In this document: positions 8,709-15,595 of the stretch, one piece after another
How positions within the stretch are numbered: the first letter of the stretch is position 1
Layout of the letters: each line of letters opens with the position of its first letter
From: Eubacteriales bacterium
GTDB lineage: Bacteria > Bacillota > Clostridia > Oscillospirales > CAG-272
Length of the DNA: 47,612 nt
NCBI GenBank assembly: GCA_045653745.1
Contig: JAZOMD010000062.1
Coordinates: forward strand, 1 to 47,612
Direction: 5' to 3'
Translations under genes and position numbers: made by a program
Notes under the pieces: generated by a model
Database searches by the model: none
Told to the model about the DNA's origin: nothing
What the model saw: the letters and a program-made list of their open reading frames with translations, nothing else

Positions 8709-9546
8709 CGTATTCGTCCCAGATTTTTTCAAGCTTGTCAAAGCGGTCGGTTATCTCCCTCTCTCGCCTGCGTGTGATTTCAACTACGATAGCGTTGATA
8801 ATGCTGAGCGGTGCAACGAGTGAGTCCATAAACGACGCCATATCCGACTGTGCGGGAAGTAGGTAGTTCGCGTATTCTGCAAGCGGAGAATTATCCGAGT
8901 CTGTGAAGACGACGACCTCTGCGCCGTTTTGTCTTGCATACTTTACGGCGTTAACCATCTTCGAGGAGTAACGGGGGAAGGAAAATGCTATAAGCGTGTC
9001 GGCTACTCCAATGGAATACATTTGCTCGAATACCTCTGCAGAGGAAGTAGGATTTATAAATTTAACGTTGTCAAAAATCAGAGAAAGGTTATGAGAGAGA
9101 AGGCGTGCAAGAGGTTCGGTGCTTCTTGCTCCCGTAACGTATATCATCTTAGCTCCGAGGATGGAGTCGACCGCTCTGTGAAATACCTCTCGGTCGAGGC
9201 GGTCGATGGTGTAGCGTATCTTGCTTATGTCAGACTCCATAACGTTTTCAAGCACGTCGCCTCTGCCAATACGCTGTTTTGTTACCTCAATGCGCTGATT
9301 CGGCGTAAGACGCATTCTTACAAGCTCCTGTACTGCGCGCTGAAACTCCGAGTAGCCTTCAAAGCCGAGCTCGCCCGCAAAGCGCACTACCGTCGATTCC
9401 GAAACTCCAACCATTTTGCCGAGTCTGGTTGCGGTAAGATACACAACCTTGTCGTAGTCGTTTAATATCGCGTTAGCTATTTTTTTCTGTCCCTTCGAAA
9501 GGGTTGAATATACGTTTTTTATTCTTTGAGAAATGTCAGCCGCCAT
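8689..9546 (-). CDS. MurR/RpiR family transcriptional regulator (HTH + SIS domain)
   Basis: N-terminal HTH_6-like region (LTATRLGKMVGVSESTVVRFAGELGFEGY) and a C-terminal SIS sugar-phosphate-binding fold. Confidence 0.85.
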   Translation of the reverse strand: MAADISQRIKNVYSTLSKGQKKIANAILNDYDKVVYLTATRLGKMVGVSESTVVRFAGELGFEGYSEFQRAVQELVRMRLTPNQRIEVTKQRIGRGDVLENVMESDISKIRYTIDRLDREVFHRAVDSILGAKMIYVTGARSTEPLARLLSHNLSLIFDNVKFINPTSSAEVFEQMYSIGVADTLIAFSFPRYSSKMVNAVKYARQNGAEVVVFTDSDNSPLAEYANYLLPAQSDMASFMDSLVAPLSIINAIVVEITRRREREITDRFDKLEKIWDEYDVYAKR

Positions 9547-9593
9547 AAGCTGTGTACCTCTGTCAAGTCAAAATATTGTTCACGCTGGCTACT

Positions 9594-9622
9594 ATTTTAT
9601 CAAACTTTTAAATATATTTCAA
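9594..9622 (-). promoter_or_regulatory. Candidate sigma-A promoter of the RpiR/flavoprotein unit
   Basis: On the minus strand, TTGAAA-17 nt-TAAAAT lies about 50 nt upstream of the RpiR ATG. Confidence 0.5.
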
Positions 9623-9671
9623 TACCTTTTTTGCAAAAATGAATGATTTCTTGCAAAAAGAGGCTAAAAAC

Positions 9672-9703
9672 GAAGAAAAAGACCGTCAAAATGCGGTCTT
9701 TTT
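9672..9703 (-). terminator. Rho-independent terminator of the Crp-ABC operon
   Basis: Minus-strand hairpin AAAGACCG-loop-CGGTCTTT followed by TTCTTCGTTTTT. It overlaps the ATPase stop codon. Confidence 0.7.
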
Positions 9704-10285
9704 CAAATTGATTATTCCATCTGCGAATTTTTCAATCTCCTCGGGCTTGTGAGTAACCACGAGCACAAGTCTCTTTTCCTTTTCCTTCGCGATTGCACCG
9801 ACGGCAAGCTCTGCGGTTTCACCGTCGAGCTCCTTGGTGGGCTCGTCGAGCAAAAGAACAGGGGTACTTCTTGCAATAGCTCGTGCAAGAGAAACTCTCT
9901 GCTTCATTCCGCCCGAAAGCTCGCTTGGGAAAAGTGACATATCTCCTTCGGAAAAGCCAAGCAACAGAAGAAGCTCGCGTGCCCTCTTTCGAGCAGATTC
10001 ATCTTTTTTATCGGATACAGCGCAAACTATATTGTCGATTGCGGATAGCCCTGGAATAAGGCGGTATTCCTGAAAAGCAAATGATATTTGAGAAAATCCG
10101 CCACCCGTAATCTCGCCGGTGTAATCCGTATCAAGTCCCGAAATCATTCGTAAGAGCGTGGTTTTTCCCACGCCGCTTTCCCCGAGGAAGACATATAGCC
10201 CCTTTTCGGGGAAGTCAAGCGTGAGATTTTCGATAATCCGCTTTTCTCCAAAGACTTTTGTGAGGTTTTTGACAGTAATACTCAT
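9686..10285 (-). CDS. ABC transporter ATP-binding protein (short, SsuB/TauB-like)
   Basis: Walker A GESGVGKTT, signature LSGGMKQR, Walker B VLLLDEPT, H-loop VVTH. There is an ATGA overlap with the permease gene. Confidence 0.9.
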   Translation of the reverse strand: MSITVKNLTKVFGEKRIIENLTLDFPEKGLYVFLGESGVGKTTLLRMISGLDTDYTGEITGGGFSQISFAFQEYRLIPGLSAIDNIVCAVSDKKDESARKRARELLLLLGFSEGDMSLFPSELSGGMKQRVSLARAIARSTPVLLLDEPTKELDGETAELAVGAIAKEKEKRLVLVVTHKPEEIEKFADGIINLKKTAF

Positions 10286-11040
10286 ACCTTAACCCTCCCG
10301 AGAAGGAATTTTACGAGCTTTTCCAGCAGTATGCTGAAAACTATAATGACTATGGTAAGCGCAAAGACGGTAGGAGTTTCTATGTTGAATTTTGCGTCAT
10401 TTATAAGTTGTCCGATGGAATCTCTGGTATACGCGATAATTTCCGCGGCAATTTCCGATTTCCATGCAAGACCCGTTGCGGTTATTACCGCAGGGATAAG
10501 ATAACGGGTGAGCGTCGGGATTACGATAAGACGAAGTCTTTTGAAATACGAGAACTCAAATACCGCCGACAGCTCGAGCAAATCCTTGTCTATCGACGCA
10601 AATCCGTCGAGGATATTCTGCCAAACGATAGGCATAACCATTATCACTGCAATCAAAATTGATAGGCCGTCTGCCGACATCAGAACCCAGAGAATAACGA
10701 TAAATGTTGCAACCGGAGTTGCGCGCATAATCGCAATCAGCGGAGCGAAAAGAGTTTTAACGGCAGGGTGAGCGTTTGAGATTACAGCCAAAATTATGCC
10801 GAAAAGCGTTCCAAGCACCAAGCCGACCAGGACACGCAAGAGCGTGAGTGCTGCCGATTTCCAGAATACTTGGTTGCCGAGAAGGGAAATGAGCGCCCGT
10901 GCGGTTGATGGGATACCCGGAAACAAAAACTCTCGGTCCACAAGGCTTGCCCCGAGCTGCCAAAGCGATAACCAGAAAAGCAGTGGCAAGGTCATTCTGA
11001 GAGCGAGCCTCAGCATTTTAGTCAAAGTAGTAGAATTCAT
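10282..11040 (-). CDS. ABC transporter permease (BPD/SsuC-like)
   Basis: 252-aa protein with about 6 TM segments. The start is ambiguous: an ATG at 11016 lies 1 nt after the SBP stop, while 11040 overlaps the SBP gene by 23 nt. Confidence 0.8.
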   Translation of the reverse strand: MNSTTLTKMLRLALRMTLPLLFWLSLWQLGASLVDREFLFPGIPSTARALISLLGNQVFWKSAALTLLRVLVGLVLGTLFGIILAVISNAHPAVKTLFAPLIAIMRATPVATFIVILWVLMSADGLSILIAVIMVMPIVWQNILDGFASIDKDLLELSAVFEFSYFKRLRLIVIPTLTRYLIPAVITATGLAWKSEIAAEIIAYTRDSIGQLINDAKFNIETPTVFALTIVIIVFSILLEKLVKFLLGRVKV

Positions 11041-12013
11041 CTGCGGGAGTAGCTATTCCGATAGCTGCGAAGAATGCCTCAAGGGCTGCCTTCATATCTT
11101 CTTCATCGAGGTAGTCAATGGCGTCGCCAAGGTTCATAAGAGCCTTTTTTGCTGCAGGCTCTGCTGCCATAATTCCTGCTTCTGCCACGAATTTTGCCGC
11201 GTTTTCTACATTTTCGTCATCTCCGATATACTCTACGGAGTCCTCGTAGGCATCGAGGAATCTGTTTATCAGAGTGGGGTTGTTTACGACGAATTTTTTG
11301 CTTGCAACGATGCAACCCATAGCGACGGGAGTGTTGGAAATCTTCTCCCATTCGTCAGCAAGATCAACGTCAACGGAGTATGCTATATCGGCATTTCCGT
11401 TCTTCTGTATTTCAAGCATTGCGGAGGTTATCATAGGCTCGGGAAGTACAACGTAGGGAAGATCGCCGACGTTTACCATCTGAGTTTTTACGTCAGCCGG
11501 CTTAGCCATAATCTTGCCGTCGGGAGTGGTGAAAGATACGGTGATATTGAGATCCAGCTCTGCGACGAGATAGTCAAGAATCATCTTGGGGGTGCCGTTC
11601 TTGCAGGTATAGACCGTCTTACCTTCAAGGTCGGAGAGCGAGGTAACGGTTGAATTCTTATCGGATACAAGGAAAAGGGAATTGAGGCAGTTGAGCGCAA
11701 GTGCTATGGCGTCGTTGTTCTTGGAATAGTACGCGGCAGCCTCGTTGGTGGGAAGGCAAATTACGTCTACGTTGCCTACCGAAAGATCAGCCTTTGCCTT
11801 TTCGGTATCGTTTTTATAGTCCAGGAAGACGTACTTTGAATTTTCTTTGGCAGCCTCGTCGTGAATCAGCTTTGCCATTCCCATTCCGGTAGGACCGCTG
11901 AGGTAACCGACGCGTATTTTGTCGGCTTCATTTGACGATCCGCAGGATGAAAGTACTGCAAGCGAGGAAAGGGTGAGTACAAGCGTGAGAAGAAGTGCGA
12001 GTAATTTTTTCAT
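11018..12013 (-). CDS. ABC transporter substrate-binding lipoprotein (NMT1/SsuA-like)
   Basis: Lipoprotein signal with lipobox LSSCGS. The size and periplasmic-binding fold fit the SsuA/NMT1 type. A strong SD AAGGAG is present. The start overlaps the crp-like stop (ATGA). Confidence 0.8.
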   Translation of the reverse strand: MKKLLALLLTLVLTLSSLAVLSSCGSSNEADKIRVGYLSGPTGMGMAKLIHDEAAKENSKYVFLDYKNDTEKAKADLSVGNVDVICLPTNEAAAYYSKNNDAIALALNCLNSLFLVSDKNSTVTSLSDLEGKTVYTCKNGTPKMILDYLVAELDLNITVSFTTPDGKIMAKPADVKTQMVNVGDLPYVVLPEPMITSAMLEIQKNGNADIAYSVDVDLADEWEKISNTPVAMGCIVASKKFVVNNPTLINRFLDAYEDSVEYIGDDENVENAAKFVAEAGIMAAEPAAKKALMNLGDAIDYLDEEDMKAALEAFFAAIGIATPADEFYYFD

Positions 12014-12678
12014 TTTGAAATCTCCTTTAACCCGTTAGGGTCTAATATGATTATTTTATCTCCCGAATATGAAATGATACCGAGCTCGGACAGAGAGGAA
12101 AGGGCTCTGTATACCGAGGCGCGACCGGCGTTTATTGCCTGAGCCGCCTTGTTGCAGTTGAGAGAAAAGGACTCGCCCAAGGTTTCCGATTTTAACAAAA
12201 GGTAGCTTGCAAGACGGTTTTCGACTCTCGTGCCGGAAAAGTTCGCAATTTTCTGATTTAAAAAGCGTATTCGCTCGGATAAAAAGCGTATTACGTTTTC
12301 GGAAATTTTCGGATACTTTGCGATAAGTGCGAGCGCACCGCTTTGCGGTATAAACATTATCTCCGAATTTTTTGCCGCAACGATTTCCGTAGGATACTCC
12401 TCACATTCGGAAAATACGGCAAGCACTCCGAAGGCATCGTATACGTTAAGCGTGTTAAGCAAAGCGAGCGAGCCGTCCGGCTTTGTTCTCCGAACCTCGC
12501 ATTTTCCCGTCATAACGAAACCTATCTTTTTTTCGTAACCGTGAGGCGAATATATCGTTTCTCCCCTTACAAAACGCCGAGTTTCGTAAAGGGAAACTTT
12601 GAGGACCTCCCCAAGATTCTCGGAAGGTACTCCTCTGAAGAGGAATAACTGTTTTGCAAAGTCGAATATATCCATCAT
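12010..12678 (-). CDS. Crp/Fnr family transcriptional regulator (cNMP-binding domain + C-terminal HTH)
   Basis: The 222-aa protein starts MMDIFDFAKQLFLFRGV. It has a beta-roll cNMP-like domain and the HTH NCNKAAQAINAGRASVYRALSSLSELGII. SD GGAG lies 6 nt upstream. The 415-aa track ORF is an artefactual 5' extension. Confidence 0.85.
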   Translation of the reverse strand: MMDIFDFAKQLFLFRGVPSENLGEVLKVSLYETRRFVRGETIYSPHGYEKKIGFVMTGKCEVRRTKPDGSLALLNTLNVYDAFGVLAVFSECEEYPTEIVAAKNSEIMFIPQSGALALIAKYPKISENVIRFLSERIRFLNQKIANFSGTRVENRLASYLLLKSETLGESFSLNCNKAAQAINAGRASVYRALSSLSELGIISYSGDKIIILDPNGLKEISK

Positions 12679-12690
12679 CAACTCCAAAAG

Positions 12691-12706
12691 TGTATCATTT
12701 GATACA
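12691..12706. promoter_or_regulatory. 16-bp palindrome with Crp-box architecture (TGTAT-N6-ATACA)
   Basis: tgtatcatttgataca sits immediately downstream of the -10 of the crp-like promoter and upstream of its SD. Confidence 0.45.
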
Positions 12707-12735
12707 ATTATACCTTGTTTCCATATATTTGTCAA
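12707..12735 (-). promoter_or_regulatory. Consensus sigma-A promoter of the crp-like/ABC operon
   Basis: The minus strand reads TTGACA-17 nt-TATAAT, with both hexamers at perfect consensus. Confidence 0.65.
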
Positions 12736-12778
12736 TAGGTATTGCAAAAAAATAATCGAAATAATTTTTCGCAAAATA

Positions 12779-12807
12779 TTGCAAAATAAATATTTATGTG
12801 ATATACT
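12779..12807 (+). promoter_or_regulatory. Candidate sigma-A promoter of cdaA
   Basis: TTGCAA-17 nt-TATACT with an extended -10 TG (tgaTATACT), about 65 nt upstream of the cdaA ATG. Confidence 0.55.
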
Positions 12808-12871
12808 AAAATATAGATTTGTTTTTGCAGCCGTGCATAGTGCTTTTGCGCGGTGTGCGTGAGGAGTTTTG

Positions 12872-13738
12872 ATGAACAGTTTGCTTTTTACTGTAACGAA
12901 CAGCTTCTTTGGCGAGTTAGGTTCGTTCTTCTCGTTTGCGAAGAATGCGTTCGTGGATTTTGGCATCAACGATGCCGTTGATATACTTATACTTACCCTT
13001 ATTTTTGCACTTGCTTTTCGCTTTTTCAAGAACCGTAAGGCAGGGGCGCTTATCATTGGCATAGTCGTCTGCCTTGTTATTCTTATTCTGGCAACAATCT
13101 TTAACCTGGCCGGCGTGCGATATATTTTCTCGGGGCTCTTCAAAATAGGAGCTTTGGCACTGGTTATTATTTTCCAACCAGAAATCAGAGACTTTCTCGA
13201 AAAGCTTGGCTCCGGCTCCATAAAGAGCATCTCGGGTCTTGCCGACAAGGGAAACAAAAAGCAGCTTCATTACAATGTAATAGATAACATCTGCAAGGCT
13301 GTGCAAATTCTTTCTCTTGAGAGCACGGGCGCGCTCATCGTTATGGAGCGTGCCATCAAGCTTGACGAGATAATCGGCACGGGAACGCCGCTTAATGCTG
13401 ACGTGAGTGATTCGCTTTTGCGTAATATCTTCTACAATAGAGCGCCTTTGCACGACGGTGCGGTGGTTATTGTTGACGGAAGAATCGCTGCGGCGTCCTG
13501 CATACTTCCTTTGCCTAAGAGAATAGAGGTTGATTCGGAGCTCGGTACAAGACACCGTGCGGCGATAGGTCTCGGTGAAATAAGCGATGCTATCGTAATA
13601 GTAGTTTCCGAGGAGACAGGAGTTATCTCAATAGCAAGGGAAGGGCAGTTGACCCGTCACTTCACCCCGGAAAGTCTTCGTAAGTACTTGCGCCGTGAGT
13701 TTATACATGACCGCACGAACGAAGACGAGAATAATTGA
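12872..13738 (+). CDS. cdaA: Diadenylate cyclase CdaA (DisA_N domain, three N-terminal TM helices)
   Basis: DAC motifs LHDGAVVIVDG and GTRHRAAIG. There are three N-terminal hydrophobic helices. SD GAGGAG lies 5 nt before the ATG at 12872 (the track start 12869 is a TTG). Confidence 0.92.
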   Translation: MNSLLFTVTNSFFGELGSFFSFAKNAFVDFGINDAVDILILTLIFALAFRFFKNRKAGALIIGIVVCLVILILATIFNLAGVRYIFSGLFKIGALALVIIFQPEIRDFLEKLGSGSIKSISGLADKGNKKQLHYNVIDNICKAVQILSLESTGALIVMERAIKLDEIIGTGTPLNADVSDSLLRNIFYNRAPLHDGAVVIVDGRIAAASCILPLPKRIEVDSELGTRHRAAIGLGEISDAIVIVVSEETGVISIAREGQLTRHFTPESLRKYLRREFIHDRTNEDENN

Positions 13739-13755
13739 TTTGTTCGGAGTCCAAT

Positions 13756-13914
13756 ATGAATAAGAAATTTTTAGGTGTTAGACTTGGCACGCTGCTTACG
13801 GTGATTCTTATGCTTTTCTTAGCGGTCGTTTTTTGGCTTTTTGCTAAGTATTCACTCGTCGGCGGCGCAGAGTCGGAATGTGCGTTCAAGTTTGGTTGTT
13901 TGAGTTTGCTATGA
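13756..13914 (+). CDS. 52-aa single-pass membrane peptide, possible N-terminal remnant of CdaR/YbbR
   Basis: Translation: MNKKFLGVRLGTLLTVILMLFLAVVFWLFAKYSLVGGAESECAFKFGCLSLL. SD GGAG lies 6 nt upstream. It occupies the position where cdaR normally follows cdaA. Its stop overlaps the next start (ATGA). It is below the ORF-track size cut-off. Confidence 0.4.
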   Translation: MNKKFLGVRLGTLLTVILMLFLAVVFWLFAKYSLVGGAESECAFKFGCLSLL

Positions 13915-15527
13915 CCTCATTCATTGTTGTTAACAATATCAAATTGCCGATTAACGCCTCTTTCAAAGAGGCGTTTTCGGTTGCAAAAAAGAGGCTTCGT
14001 TCTATCGGTGTTTCTACCGATGGCAAAGCCTTCTCCGTTTACCGCAGGAGCGTTGATGCGCGAAAGAAGGAGAACGTTCATTTCGTGTACTCTGTTTCTG
14101 TCAAGGGAGAATTCGGAAATATTTCGGCAGAGCGCTTGAAATCTGCGGATATGGCTCTTACCGAAGATAATACCGAGATGTCTCTTTCCTTTGGAGATAT
14201 GCCTCTTTCCGCGCCTCCCGTGGTTGTGGGAACGGGACCGGCAGGGCTCTTTGCAGCTCTTTTGCTTGCCGAAAACGGATATAACCCCGTTGTTCTCGAG
14301 CGCGGCGGTACCGTTTCGGAGAGGAAGGCTGCGTGTGGAAAATTCGTTGCGGATAGGGTGCTTGACCCCGAAACCAATATTCAGTTCGGTGCAGGCGGTG
14401 CCGGCACATTCTCGGACGGAAAGCTCGTTACACGTATAAACGACCCCCTCACCGCCTACGTTCTTTCGGCGTTTTGCCGCTTCGGTGCAAGTGAGGAAAT
14501 AAAATATATCGCAAAGCCACACGTCGGAACCGACGTTCTTTCGGTTATAGTCGAAAGAATTCTCGAGAGAATTGTCGAGCTCGGTGGGCGTGTTGAATAT
14601 CATACAAAGTTTTTGTGCGCCCTTGATAGGTGTGGAGAGGTGTACGCCGTTCGCACGAGCAAGGGTGATATGCCGGCAGGTGCAGTGATTCTTGCGGTGG
14701 GGCACAGTGCGCGAGATACCTACGAGTCGCTCATACGATCGGGCTTTTCCGTTGAGGCAAAGGATTTTTCAGTTGGAATGCGTATTGAGCATATCGCAGA
14801 CGATATAGACCGTGCGATGTACGGCTCTTTTGCAGGAAATCCCGTTCTCGGACACGCGGAATACGCTTTGTCCTCCAACACGAAGGAGCGCGGCGTGTAT
14901 ACGTTCTGCATGTGCCCGGGTGGAGAGGTTGTCGCGGCGGCGAGCGAAAACGGCGGCGTCGTTGTGAACGGTATGAGCTATAACAGCCGTTCGGGAAGAA
15001 ATTCAAACTCTGCCGTTCTTGCAAGCGTGTTTAAGGAAGACTACGGAAAAACACCGCTTGCCGCTATCGAATTTCAGCGGAAAATAGAGCGCGCAGCATT
15101 CAATTCCGCAGGGGGAGATTACTCCGCTCCTTACATCACGGTTGGCGATTTTCTTTCGGATAAAATCGGCAGCGAGCCTACAAGAGTTCTGCCGACCTAT
15201 ATGTCGGGAGGGGTAAAAAACGTTCGTCCAGAGGAGTATTTGCCGCATCTCGTCACAGATTCTATAAAAAACGCTCTCTTGGCGTTTGATAAGAAAATAA
15301 ACGGTTTTGCATCTTGTGATGCAATTCTTACGGGTGCAGAAACACGTACGAGTGCACCCTTGCGCATTTTAAGAGACGGCACGAGCAGAACTGCCGTTGG
15401 ATATAAAAACCTCTATCCCGCAGGCGAGGGTGCGGGATATGCCGGAGGTATAACCAGCGCCGCCGTTGACGGTATAAGATCGGCGGCCGCACTTATGGAG
15501 CTTTACGCGCCTCGGATACGCAGGTGA
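13911..15527 (+). CDS. FAD-dependent oxidoreductase, COG2509-type (uncharacterised FAD-dependent dehydrogenase)
   Basis: Starts MTSFIVVNNIKLPINASF. Dinucleotide fold VVVGTGPAGLFAALLLAENG. C-terminus YPAGEGAGYAGGITSAAVDG. Start chosen at ATG 13911 (track start 13878). Confidence 0.85.
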   Translation: MTSFIVVNNIKLPINASFKEAFSVAKKRLRSIGVSTDGKAFSVYRRSVDARKKENVHFVYSVSVKGEFGNISAERLKSADMALTEDNTEMSLSFGDMPLSAPPVVVGTGPAGLFAALLLAENGYNPVVLERGGTVSERKAACGKFVADRVLDPETNIQFGAGGAGTFSDGKLVTRINDPLTAYVLSAFCRFGASEEIKYIAKPHVGTDVLSVIVERILERIVELGGRVEYHTKFLCALDRCGEVYAVRTSKGDMPAGAVILAVGHSARDTYESLIRSGFSVEAKDFSVGMRIEHIADDIDRAMYGSFAGNPVLGHAEYALSSNTKERGVYTFCMCPGGEVVAAASENGGVVVNGMSYNSRSGRNSNSAVLASVFKEDYGKTPLAAIEFQRKIERAAFNSAGGDYSAPYITVGDFLSDKIGSEPTRVLPTYMSGGVKNVRPEEYLPHLVTDSIKNALLAFDKKINGFASCDAILTGAETRTSAPLRILRDGTSRTAVGYKNLYPAGEGAGYAGGITSAAVDGIRSAAALMELYAPRIRR

Positions 15528-15595
15528 AATAAAGACTGCGCCAAAGTAGATAATAATATGGAAGGCGGGAGAAATCCCACTAACGGTTTAATAAA

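Noticed and set aside
11018-12013. NMT1/THI5-like binding protein, considered as a TPP-riboswitch-controlled HMP/thiamine-precursor importer.
   Set aside because: There is no untranslated leader. The SBP gene start overlaps the crp-like gene stop, and the operon promoter region (12679-12740) is too short for a riboswitch and lacks a TPP motif. The substrate is left unassigned.
12679-13257. 193-codon N-terminal extension of the Crp-family ORF (track ORF 12010..13257, 415 aa).
   Set aside because: The extension runs antisense through the cdaA promoter and the N-terminal coding region of cdaA. It has a basic, low-complexity translation. It also contains the perfect consensus promoter, the dyad and the SD that serve the internal ATG at 12678. 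A 222-aa product is the normal Crp/Fnr size.
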